This document shows positions 26,801-50,080 of a stretch of 64,000 nucleotides of DNA, piece by piece. Both the position numbers and the translations under genes were made by a program. Under the pieces are notes generated by a model. That model was not told where the DNA came from, searched no databases, and worked only from the letters and a program-made list of their open reading frames with translations. This stretch comes from Ophelia neglecta (taxonomy: Eukaryota), in NCBI GenBank assembly GCA_965285935.1, contig OZ260664.1, positions 58,342,001 through 58,406,000 of the forward strand. The letters are read 5' to 3'. Each line of letters starts with the position of its first letter. Position 1 is the stretch's first letter.

Positions 26801-29800
26801 TGTTATTTATTTTCTCAGCAGATTTGTTGCTTAAAGTTAGGAGTGTCAGGACATAGTAATACTGACCTGTTTTAAAGTCACAATATATATCAATTGTTGA
26901 GTGTTACTAGGTGTGCCAGCCTTTTAACCTTTCTTAATACCTCATCAAAGGTGGCTTGGTCTTCAGGAGTTGAGTTTGACAAGGAGGCCTGCTGGTTAGC
27001 TGTATGCCCAGAAGTCTGCTGTTATTTAGATCTGTGTGCTTGGTGATGATGTTATCGTTTAGTAGAAATTTGTTAATGAAACTCATCAGTGTCCATTTAT
27101 GGTTTTCTCCTTTAACTGTGCACCTTGTTTAGTGTATTTGGACCATAATAATTCTAAATAGTGTATAACTGAATATGTATATTACTAGTGGCAGTTAGCA
27201 GTGCTCGGCCATTGCTGTAGCTGTAGTGCTAGAGAATTAATGCACCATCGCTGTTGCTATTGGGTACATGTGCTGCTGCCTAGTGATAGTGTGTGGAAAC
27301 TTGTATTGTCACTTGAACACATAAAATAACATGTGCAGATCTTCTGACATTTCTTGTACATGCATACAAGTTGAAGTCAGATTGTATGTGTTGTAGTTGT
27401 TGTCTCTGTGTATACCCAACACCAACCTGTGCCGGCTACAGTGATAGAACACTTCATTTTTGGCATGTCTTGGTCCACTTCCCCTCTTATGTACAATCAA
27501 ACTCTGTAGGTTACAGCTTTCTGCTAGGCACACTATTAAGTCACAGCGGCACACTCTAATTATTTGGAAGTTCACAGGTAAAATAAAGACTCACAAACCA
27601 CCAAGCAGCAAATATGCCTTTGCTGTAATTTTGTAGAGCAATGCTTATTTTGTCATTCTCTCCTGATATTTTGCCAGGTTTATCACACCAGGTAACAGAG
27701 TATGACCAATGCCAAAGGTAATGTTAAGTGGTTATGTATTTGATAGGACTAAGAAATTAAAAAACTAACAAGAAATTCATTTTGAAGTTGTTGCCTGAAA
27801 GAGCGAATTACATTCAGAGAATGAAATTTACAACCATAGGTTCAAAATGCCTCATCCAGAAAATATAATCCACTAGGTCTAGATGTTAATGGAATTTACC
27901 AATCATTCCCATATTGTGAGATTCTCATCTTCCCCCGTGTTCAATTAATTTTGCTGACATTGCATTTATTTCAGGTTCCGTTGCCAAACTAAATGAATCT
28001 AAGTGAACTAGAGGAAACCTGTTTGTTTTTGACATTGGCAGATCATGTAGTTGTTTATCAGGCTGTAGATATATAGAAGTCAGTAAAGCATGCTGGTTAG
28101 AGCAGCCATGTTTGTCACATGACCACCATGTTCACACCTACCACCCGTCTTGGTTCTCGGGCCCCGACTTTCCTGTCTGTATCTACTTCAATGTGTCACA
28201 TATGTACAGAATTGTAGAAATGACTATATTGGAGAAATTAATAAATATATCGATGTACATCAAGTGATAATAAGTCTCCATTGTTTTTCATCTGTATTTT
28301 ATTGTTCAGCCTCCATTTAAATCAGGGATCTCAAAATACTCTAATGACAAATTTACATCTGTTTAATAAGTGAAAAGTGATGGACAATTTATATTTCTGT
28401 GCTAATTATTTGATTGAATGAATAATTCAGTCAACAACAACATTGTTCACTCCTGAGAAACCTCAAATGTGAGACCAAACATTATTATATGTCTGACACC
28501 TGAAAAACTATTTCTACCAACAACAATGTAGTTGTTTATATTTGATTACGTAAAAAATGCTTAAAAAATTGTGTACAAATATAGACAATATATTGATGAA
28601 TCATTTATTTACATTAAAAATAATCATTTGAAATAATACAAACAAACATGAAATAAAAAATTGCGGCAATGTACATGTAGATCTTTTAAAACTGAATAGA
28701 CTTGACAAAAAATATGGAAACGTAGGGTAAAATTGAATAAATTTAGTCCCCTTTATAGACTATCACAGTAATAAGTACATAGAACATGTAGAATATAACA
28801 AGGAAAATGCTTCATAAACATGAATTTGTTTAATAAAAGAGTTGCCAAATTTAAAAAGTCTGCTGAATAATGTTGGTTGCAACAACCTGACTAAAAAAGC
28901 ATTGATGGCAGCCATCTCAAAATCAGTTAGAAAGCCAGACAATCATGATAAAATACTAACATCTAGTTAAATGTAACGTAATAGGGCCCTTTGACATAGG
29001 GACCAAAGTGGCCGGAACTCTTTCAGAAAAAAGTTGCTTTTCATCGTCCCACTTCCGCTTTTATGGGTAACTTTTATTATGTCACAAAGTGAAAATGAAG
29101 CAAATTGTTTATTAAGTCATGATGGCCACCTGAAAATCATTTTACCAGTCATGTACACAACAAAACTGCACCTCTATGAAAAATATCCCTTGTAAATGTC
29201 TGTGGAAAAGAAAACTATCACAGCGAGCAAAATATGATCAAATCAAACATTGAAGCATGCTTCAAAAATAAAGTTTATCAAATTGAATAAACTCTACTTT
29301 GTTCCCCCCCAAAAAATACTAACACATAGCCGTGGCATAGCTACACTACTACTACTAAGAGTCTGCCAGAGCCCAGCTCAATATGGTGTTTAGACTTCCC
29401 TGTATTCCACTTTTTTCTTAACATTCAAATGTAATATTATGTTCATGTAGGTTGATAATTAAATATGTATCTTTGCCATGGTAAACAAAAATAAAAATTA
29501 TTGACCTTTGGGAACTATTTCACCACTGAAAATTTACATAATTAATTTACTTTCACACATTTAATTGTTCATAATAATTTGGTTAAACCTTGGTTGCTTC
29601 ATTTATATTTAGTGTGGATATCATGTAAAATAACCAGAGGTGACTGTTGGTAACACTCCATGCTCATTTACTGTATGCATGATAGGATCACAAAGTATAT
29701 CATGCACATTTAAAAAAATATTGGCAATAGGCGCCTATTGTGCTGTAGCATCATCTAGTCTTATGTGGCCTATGGCTGCACAGGGATTTTAAGAATAGTT

Positions 29801-29847
29801 AACAGTAGTATACTTGTAAGAAGATACCCAGTAACTAAATATTGTGT

Positions 29848-41331
<11,484 letters not shown>

Positions 41332-41800
41332 GTTGGCAATAATTACAGCACCCTAAAATTACATATATATATATAATATATATACATGTAAGCTTGTGAA
41401 ACTATTAATATTCATACTGTAAGTTGGAGTCTAGGTTTTATTGTTTTCTTATTAATGTTATGTAGTGTATAAGTGCTACTTTTAATTCTTTTATTTCTTT
41501 TTTTAATTGGGAGCATTTTGCAAAGCGCTGGCATCCTAAATCCTGACCATTGCACCTATAAGCCTATTAATACTGATATTAAACGAATGGTCAAATTAAA
41601 AAGGATTAAATCAATCAGAAGTTTCAGTCAATCAATGAATTCTTAAATATATAGCTTTAAAAATAAATAAATAAAAGTCCCTGGTGAAAGCCCCTTGTTA
41701 GTCATTGGCCTTGGTGGCAGCCTTTTATCTATATTTAGGTCTTCCTTTCAGGTGATGATGTAGGGGAAAGATAACAGTTAACAAAATCAGCATTTACTTA

Positions 41801-41819
41801 ACACGCCCTCTGGTGGCTA
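41801..41819. promoter_or_regulatory. Strong CTCF-like motif
   Basis: ACACGCCCTCTGGTGGCTA matches the reverse-complement CTCF core (GCCCYCTRSTGG); it lies about 55 bp from the foldback insertion. Confidence 0.5.
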
Positions 41820-42162
41820 TTGCAGTCCCGGACAGTTAGTGGAGACTCCTGTTGGCGATTTTGTAATGTGATGTGGGGCGTCCCTAAACGGAGGATCTAA
41901 TATAGGAGGATGCACCTGCGCCATGTATAAGCGCGCATTTGGAGGATGCACCTGCGCCATGTATAAGCACATCCGCCAATTGATTTGGAGGATGCATCTG
42001 CAGCCATGTATAAGCGGCGCCGCACTAAACCGCGGATGTTGGTAATATATTAGCAGCCATATATTGGGCGGTCATGGCGGACACTATATATATGTGGGCC
42101 TGGGTGGGATACATGGCGGATGTGCTGGCAGAGTACTGGGCAAGGTATCCGTTTTTAGTTTA

Positions 42163-42468
42163 GGGAGCGTTCATTATTTATGGCCGGGGGGGTGGGGGGG
42201 GGGTGGGGGGGGTGGTCTCAGATCTGAAGTCTCAGATATTAGGGACGGACCATTTGATATTTGGGGGGGGGGGCCTAGAAAATTTTGGAAAAAAATTGTT
42301 TGTTTTCACTTTTGTACAATATATATTTCTAAATAAAATTGCGCACCCTGTGAATAGACTAAAAAAAAACTGTCCCCCCCATGGAAATGGGTTGAAAAAA
42401 AACTGTCCCCCTATGTCCCCCCCCAAATTTACCACCCCCCCCCCCGGCCATAAATAATGAACGCTCCC
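42163..42468. mobile_element. Nested TA-flanked MITE in the left arm of the foldback element
   Basis: TA|GGGAGCGTTCATTATTTATGGCCGGGG ... CCCCGGCCATAAATAATGAACGCTCCC|TA terminal inverted repeats with TA on both sides. Confidence 0.75.
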
Positions 42469-42672
42469 TATACCCAAAAAACGTGTATTTATGGCCAACT
42501 GAAAACAATTTTTTTACATATGGCCGGGGGGGGGGGGGGGGGGGGGGGGTGGTCTCAGATCTGAAGTCTCAGATATTAGGGACGGACCATTTGATATTTG
42601 GGGGGGGGGGCCTAGAAAATTTTGGAAAAAAATTGTTTTCAGTTGGCCATAAATACACGTTTTTTGGGTATA

Positions 42673-42968
42673 GGGAGCGTTCATTATTTATGGCCGGGCG
42701 GGGGGGTGGTAAATTTGGGGGGGGACATGGGGGGGACAGTTTTTTTTCAACCCATTTCCATGGGGGGGACAGTTTTTTTTTAGTCTATTCACAGGGTGCG
42801 CAATTTTATTTAGAAATATATATTGTACAAAAGTGAAAACAAACAATTTTTTTCCAAAATTTTCTAGGCCCCCCCCCCAAATATCAAATGGTCCGTCCCT
42901 AATATCTGAGACTTCAGATCTGAGACCACCCCCCCCCCCCCCCCCGGCCATAAATAATGAACGCTCCC
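42673..42968. mobile_element. Mirror-image copy of the nested MITE in the right arm
   Basis: Reverse complement of 42163-42468 apart from homopolymer lengths and a few substitutions; same TIRs and TA flanks. Confidence 0.75.
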
Positions 42969-43959
42969 TAAACTAAAAACGGATACCTTGCCCAGTACTC
43001 TGCCAGCACATCCGCCATGTATCCCACCCAGGCCCACATATATATAGTGTCCGCCATGACCGCCCAATATATGGCTGCTAATATATTACCAACATCCGCG
43101 GTTTAGTGCGGCGCCGCTTATACATGGCTGCAGATGCATCCTCCAAATCAATTGGCGGATGTGCTTATACATGGCGCAGGTGCATCCTCCAAATGCGCGC
43201 TTATACATGGCGCAGGTGCATCCTCCTATATTAGATCCTCCGTTTAGGGACGCCCTGTGATGTGCAGGTGTCATGGCCGCGATCAGATGTAAACACAGAA
43301 GAACAGGTACGGAGGTAAGCTTGGTTTTTCTGCTTCTAAATGGTCAGCAAGTTATTCAAAAATAACTTAAGCTACAATCCTGAAGCATTTCCCCCTAATA
43401 CCTTGCTGTTTTGGGTTAATATCCAGTGGTTTTGCCGTGGTTGCCCTTGATTTGCCATGGTTGCCCCTTTTAAATACACCCCAATACATGTAGGAATTGC
43501 TTTATCAATAAAAACCAGAAATAATAGTATGTGAACTGTGAAGTCAGATAAAAATTATTTTTGGAGAAAAAATGTACGAAAAAACAAAACAAAAGGGATA
43601 ACGTTTTGGATGCATGGTGTTGTTTTGGTCAAGAGTTGTTATGAAGAACCGTAGAAACATCAATGCCCAACAAGGACCAAATTAAGTGGCAGGAATATAA
43701 TGTCACTAAGGATAAAAAATGACGGACACCAAATAAACAGTGCCTTAAACTGGTGGCACATTAAAACATGGAATAAATGTGCTGGAATCATTAATTTTAA
43801 TATAGATCGTGACTCATTCAATTAGTTATTCAATCAAATTGACATTTTATTGGATTATCGCTCACCAATGGACATTAATCATGTAGATACGCTAGTCCGT
43901 TTTTCAACAAAAAAGTGAATATAACCTTAGAAATTCTGTGTTTGAAGTCCTTGTACTGA

Positions 43960-44330
43960 ATCCACCTACATTTACGAAATGTCATCAGGTTGTCTGAGGA
44001 GAAATGTTGAACTTAGTTGAGTAAACATCGCACAATCCGGAAGAAGTCATTTGCCATGTTGAGGCATGTTGATGCGTTTCAGCCTCACCGGGTCTGACCA
44101 CCAGATGGCGACTAGTATCCGATTCTGGGCTCGCTGGTTCCCTGCGAGATGTAAGCTAGAATGCACGGAATATGCCCCGAGAAAAACTTCACGGGACCCA
44201 TATGACAGTTGTCAAACAAATTTAACTTGTTTAGAATGGATACGAACGAAGTCAATCCGAGCGTAACGAAAAATGAGAAGCAGACTAGTGCTCTTACTAT
44301 GTTATGCACATACACGAGTTTAAGGTAAAT
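43960..44330. promoter_or_regulatory. Candidate bidirectional promoter / non-coding first exons of HACE1 (-) and GLTP (+)
   Basis: CpG-retaining patch with ETS-like CCGGAAG (44037-44043), YY1-like AGATGGCG (44103-44110), a minus-strand donor GTAGGT at 43969 and a plus-strand donor AG|GTAAAT at 44324/44325. Both genes have acceptors upstream of their ATGs (41353 on -, 46488 on +). Confidence 0.45.
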
Positions 44331-45059
44331 ACCTAAAACAGAAAACAAATTTATTTGTTATCTAGCCTAGATGTTATGATGATCCAGAACAAAAAGCATC
44401 ATTTGTATATATATCCACAAAATGAAAACGCTCCTATCAGGTTTCAAAGTTTATAAACACTGTGTGGTTATTGCATAGGCAATATATTGATATATGCCCT
44501 CGTAATCGGCATTCCCGGAATCTGCTACTGTGCTTATTGGCAGATTGGTCAGTTTGCTGGTTGGTGCCATCAAAAAAATTCCCCTGCATGGCGGTGAGTT
44601 TGTGAACATTTCTGGTTGCAGGGATATTATTAAAATCCTATCACGTACATGTGTTAAATTGCGTGAATAGTTTTTTTTCAACTTTTCCCGATATTGCTTT
44701 GGCTTAGCTGCTGTGTTTCACTTAAAGATACTAGTATAATACTCGGTATTATAATAGCTAATTGGTAGCTCGCCTTACAGCTATACCCCCCCCCCCTCCC
44801 CCCCCCAGCTATATTTGGCCAGCTTTTTTGGTCAATGACAGGCCAGATAGGCAGATACTTTGGCGGTCCTGAATGCTCTGGAACACCCCAACAGGGCATT
44901 ACTGCATGGGCAAAGTCCTATTACGTCACAACTGCCTTCTCATCCTAGCAGTCTGGCTTAAAGTCATTGCGGCTGGTAGTTATCAGCACTGTTAGGGTAG
45001 CTGTAGCGTGCTGATATAAGCACAGGGTCTTTCTGTCTGTCATCACCAATTGTGAACAC

Positions 45060-45470
45060 TGCAGGCATCCATACATACATACATACCAAATGAGTAGTAT
45101 GAAAGGAAAATTAGTACTCCACTTTCTACAGGTCGCAGTTTTAACAGATCGCCTTCAAACTTTCCCACATTGCTTAGTTTTAACAGATCGCCTTCAAACT
45201 TTCCCACATTGCATATATGACCTAGATCTTGAAGGTATGAAAATGTTCTCCTGGCCTTGGGAAAGGAGTATGTTAGTCGTAGCCATGTAGTCCCAAGTGA
45301 AGGCTTATGTTTTCTGCCCAAACTTTCGGAAGTTCCTAGAAATGTGCAATTGATTAAATCAGAAGTAGAATTCGGAAGCTTACTCTCAAAGCTAAGTTTC
45401 AGAGTTTTTTCGGTCAAAGGTCAGGGTCAGGAGACTAGGTCAAACTTTGACCAGTCTTTCAAGTGACGTA
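45060..45470. mobile_element. Possible non-autonomous Helentron/HINE-like fragment
   Basis: (CATA)n microsatellite, a direct duplication of AGTTTTAACAGATCGCCTTCAAACTTTCCCACATTGC (~45137-45212) and GGTCAAAGGTCA/TGACC motifs typical of such elements; ends not defined. Confidence 0.35.
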
Positions 45471-46654
45471 CCCTCAGGGCCAAATTTAATCCTCTAAGGG
45501 CCTATTTAGGATCAGAAATTTGGGCAATCTGCCTACCTTAAGAACTAGAAGAAAAAACATTGGTGTATTTTTTTATTGCCACACATTTCCTTTTACATCC
45601 GCCTTTACTACTCACACATGTTATTTACCCTCGGGGGGGGGGGGCCATATCTCCGGAACTGGAAGTCTACACAATGTTTGGACCAAAAAATTACATTTGT
45701 CTTGGACTACCATCATTTTGAAAAGTTAAATCTAAATAGAAAATCTTCAGAAAAGCAAAAACTACTCTTTTGTGTTTACAAATAGAAGCAGCAAATTTAA
45801 ATTTTGGTTCAATTTTTTTTATGCCTGACTTAATCAGTCACAATCAGACTAGTGTTTCAATAAGTTCAAGCCAAGATGTTACAGCAAACTATATTAATAG
45901 TTCAGAAATATGCTATGCACTAACTAAATTATGACAGATAATGTTAATCTGCAGGTATTGTCATGTGTTCTAATTTAAGTTGACAAATTTGTTTCCTTAC
46001 TGTTTGTTAGTGGTTTATTTTATTTTTTATGACGATGTATATGAAAACATGTGCACAATTCATTTTGCAGATGACTAATTGTATATTTTGTGACTACCAT
46101 CAGAGATAATCACATATTCATGATACTGCCAAATCAATATTGCACATTGAAAATGCACAAACATCTAGCACCAGCTGGTTTACAAGCCCTACCAGTTCCA
46201 TTGATATTAAACAGTAAATAGTTGATAGATCCTAGGGGTATATATAGCTTGTTATATAACCACATTATATTAGAACAATATGAAGTAACAACAGCTGTCC
46301 ATTTTAAAGTCTGCTCGCAATATATTCATGCAGGTGTATGATCAACCTAGTTATTGTCTTCACACATACCCTCACGTTGTCTACTGGGTGATCAGTCTAG
46401 CTTTATAAAAAAGGTTAAGGCTATTTGATGTTTCAATGCTTATTCTGTCAGTTGGAAATAATTCTCTCATGATAATTTATCTTTACAGATGAAGAGAAGG
46501 AAAGGATTTTTCATGAGTGCAATGTGACGTGGGAGAATTAGTTGGTCAATCTTCCCACAAACCTACTGAAACGTCATCACTTGAAGTCCTGGTACTTCTG
46601 ACAACCTGTACTTACCAACAGAAAACCAGAAATTTTGTGTTAATAAGCTGAGTA

Positions 46655-47302
46655 ATGCAGACAACAATGGCTTGGGCATCATATTTTAGGAGATTGGATC
46701 CTCCACTGGGTCCTGTGCCTAGTGATAACAAGGTGGAAGCTGCTCCATTTCTCAAAGCAGCCAAACAAATTGGTCCTTTCTTGGACCTACTGGGCAAAGC
46801 TTTTATCCCAGTTAAAAATGACATTGATGGAAATGTGAAGACATTGCAGAAGAAACTTTACTCCAATCCAGAAAAGTACCGCACCTTTCATGGCATGCTG
46901 ACTGATGAACAATCTGAGAGCACCAAGGCTCGCCCTTCAGCAATCTTATCTCTGTTGTGGTTAAAAAGGGCTCTACAATTCGAGTGTGAGTTCCTTTCTT
47001 TAATCATTGAAGACCATCAGACTGGTGTCCATTCTGAGAATATGGGACATCATTGTAGAGTGGCATATGACAGGACTCTTAAGCCTTACCATAGCTGGTG
47101 GACACAAAAAATATTTAGTTTGGTGTCCAGAGCACTGCCGTGGCGTAGGAGTTTCTTGAAAGCCTTGGCATACAATGTGGAAGGCAAAGATGATGAAGTT
47201 ATCGCCGATATGGCTGACTTCCAAAAGCTACTCAAGTCAAACCTTGATTCCATCCAACAGATGTACACAGATATGGGTTTAGATTTCCCTGACAAAGTAT
47301 AG
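46655..47302 (+). CDS. GLTP: Glycolipid transfer protein (GLTP-fold), single coding exon, 215 aa
   Basis: Motifs typical of GLTP: FLDLLGKAFIPVKNDIDGNVKTL (D-x3-N-x2-K sugar-recognition residues), LLWLKRALQF (Trp stacking plate), AYDRTLKPYHSW (His). Acceptor CTTTACAG at 46488 implies a 5'-UTR intron. The true start could be the ATG at 46667. Confidence 0.92.
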   Translation: MQTTMAWASYFRRLDPPLGPVPSDNKVEAAPFLKAAKQIGPFLDLLGKAFIPVKNDIDGNVKTLQKKLYSNPEKYRTFHGMLTDEQSESTKARPSAILSLLWLKRALQFECEFLSLIIEDHQTGVHSENMGHHCRVAYDRTLKPYHSWWTQKIFSLVSRALPWRRSFLKALAYNVEGKDDEVIADMADFQKLLKSNLDSIQQMYTDMGLDFPDKV

Positions 47303-49299
47303 TCAGTGGTAGGAATGGTTTAAGGAAGCCAGAAGGATTTATAACCATAATTTTTTCTATTACTTGGCTCAATGTACAAACTTTTTTAGAAATGTTTTGT
47401 TTCTAGTTTGATTTTATAATGTACATTGATAGAAAAATTGATTTTGGTCCTAATATTTTTTTTACCTTTTCCATCATTTATGTTTTGCTCTGAGAATTAA
47501 GACCCATTACTGTGTGTGATATTTAAGCATATGATTTTTTAAACAATTTAGAATTTAAAAAAGTAATGCAAGGCTAATAGTGTGTAATCATGCAGGATCT
47601 ACTGCAGGATGTGTTGTTTACTGATCCAATACTCAGGTATGAGTGACAGGAATACATTTTATTAATTTTAACAAATACCAGTATTGTCTTATATTTGCCT
47701 GTTAAGTCTGTTAACAAAAGAATTCACTGACCTAAGATGTTTTGCACTATATTCCATTGAGTATTGCACTATTACTGGTGAACTTATTATTGTGTACTAT
47801 GGTTTCTTCATGTATTTATCGCTCTACCTTTTAATCCTCTTATGTTTTCATTTTAAATGGCTTTTATTTTATGACCAATGCTATGTATTTTATGCTATAA
47901 ATCTTGTCTGCTATCCCAAATTGTTCAGACTTTTTATTGCATACCAGAAGATTTGTGTGTGATGTGTGTACAATCATGAATTGTTCTAACCCTATTTGGC
48001 TAGAAAATCTATATATTTATGAACTTAAACAATGTTACTTAAACAATATCAGAATTTTTTTTGCAACAGGAAACATTTTATTGCCAACTTGTAGTCCTTT
48101 GCATATATATTAGATATTTTTCTACCCTAACTTCAAATTCTGAATTTTTTTCGACCCCCCTACTCTCGAATTTTGAAAAGGTTTCCTCCCCCCTGCGCCC
48201 TGCCACCTACTTTTAACTAGATATAGTTCTCCAATAGATTCTACAAGGCTTTATTTTTTAAATGCTTATTGCATGTGCAAGGGCAAGTCCCGTTCAAAGG
48301 AAGACCATGATGCCTTGAGTTTAAAAGTGTTCTAGGATATTTAAGGCTCTACTACCATTTGTTATTTTCATTTCTTTTTAAGCTCTCCCTTGTTAAGAAA
48401 TAAAGATAAGACGTTAAAACTCATAGAATACAGTAAGTAAAATGGAAGAAGTAATCACTGAGTGACACGCCAGTAGTTCATAATACAGAACTAGATGTAT
48501 GTGAATATAGGACGTCGACATTTATTAAATGAAAATAAGTCCAGAATTTATATTAGAGAACCAACAGCATTTCATGTTTGACACATGCAAAGCTTGTACC
48601 AAATAGAAATTAATGAATATAAAAATCTCAGAAAAAAAACTTGGAAGAACCAGAGCATGTTCAAAGTAGGCAAAAAAGTTTTAATTCTTTACAGGCCTAT
48701 AAATGCTGAAAATGAGTTGGCTAGGGTCACTGCAAAATACATTCCTTTTCAAAAAGAGAAAAACACGAATTTAATATGTCTATACTCGTTTGGTAGTTTG
48801 TGTTCAGTGGTTGAGTATAAGGTGGTAAGGAACACCCTTATATGTAGAAATATCCAAAATTTCAAAAAAACTCTGCAGGTATCACTTGGATCTTAAATAC
48901 TACTAAGTTACAATTCATACCACTGGTACCAACTCGAATCATCAGGGCAGGGAACCAGTGTAATCAACAATATCAGGTTGGGTCTAAATAGCGGAGGTTA
49001 CTTCCAGGTGGTGTTAAAAAGGCCGGCAGTGGCAGAGTTGAAGTATTGACTTTCATGCAATCGCACCTCCGCGCGGAGTTATTAACTACAATGCATTAGA
49101 CAGGAGAAACCGCGGAGGTATTATAATTACATAGGCTGGCACTTTAGGCACATTTCTTCTTCTTTACCCTTTCAGCTTTTGGATTTTGTAAATCAGCCAC
49201 ATAAAGTCTGGAGACTTTCAGAAAAAAAGGTTTAAAATCATACGATGCTAGAAAAGAGTGTGCACAAGCTACTGCTGACGCACATAATGTCTATGTGTA

Positions 49300-50080
49300 A
49301 TTGGTGTGTTTAAAAAAAGGCTGTTTCTAATTGGTTTGCTATGTATGAGGTTTGACCTATTCAAACCCGAAGGCCAGTGACGCGTTTTGCCAGGGCACTG
49401 TGTCCCTGGGTGCCGCTGCCTGCTGGTGGTGACGTCATCGCCGAAAGCAGGCAAAGCGTCATTTGCTTTCTGGGCCAATCAGTGTTAACCATGTGAGCGC
49501 GTCACACATGCTTAGATTACATATTTGATGCTTCGAGTAGGTTTTTTTTCGCACAACTAGTCTCCAGACTTTATTCCACTGGTATGAAGAAGTGCAACAA
49601 AACATTTTAAAACAAAAACTGCTTCTTTGATAACTTTAGAAGGCAGTGAAATAATTTGTTACAAGTTCCCCAAACGTCGAATCCGCCATAAATAATTAGC
49701 AACTAATGATTATAAGGTGACATCTCGACATCCTCCTGATGGACGTGTGTTAAACTATTTTTTAATGGTTTCTTTTTTAAGTGCAATGCAGGCTGATGAG
49801 TTTATATGCTAACAATGTTAGCAATTAAAGTAGGCCATAAAAATACTATGCCAGAAACTTGTCTAAAATTCCGGCATATGTATTCGTAATACCTCGGCCC
49901 TGTCTCTAGTTTTATGCATGTATTAGTGCATGCCGCCTTGAAGTCACCTCCGCCGTTTAGTCCATAGCACATTATCACGTGTCTCAAAACTATATGTCCT
50001 TTTCCCGGATATTCACGCTTCCGGGATCAGAACTTGTAAATACTGTAGACCTGTTCCATAGTTTCCATTTTAAACCTTTG
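49300..50080 (+). promoter_or_regulatory. Candidate promoter and non-coding first exon of the Tec kinase
   Basis: CpG-rich island with a full CRE TGACGTCA (49430-49437), CCAAT boxes and ETS-like TTCCGG. Donor TG|GTAAGT at 50080/50081; the coding exon has an acceptor at 53913. Confidence 0.45.

Larger units (their letters stand above)
41876..43255. mobile_element. Non-autonomous foldback / Mutator-like DNA transposon, 1380 bp, ~630-650-bp inverted arms, 9-bp TSD
   Basis: Ends GGGCGTCCCTAAACGG...CCGTTTAGGGACGCCC. Identical flanking TGTGATGTG at 41867-41875 and 43256-43264. Three subterminal ~36-45-bp repeats (GGAGGATGCACCTGCGCCATGTATAAGC) in each arm. No coding capacity. Confidence 0.9.

Noticed and set aside
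42064-43274. Gly/Pro-rich ORFs on both strands
   Set aside because: They are by-products of G/C homopolymers in the palindromic element; no transposase motifs.
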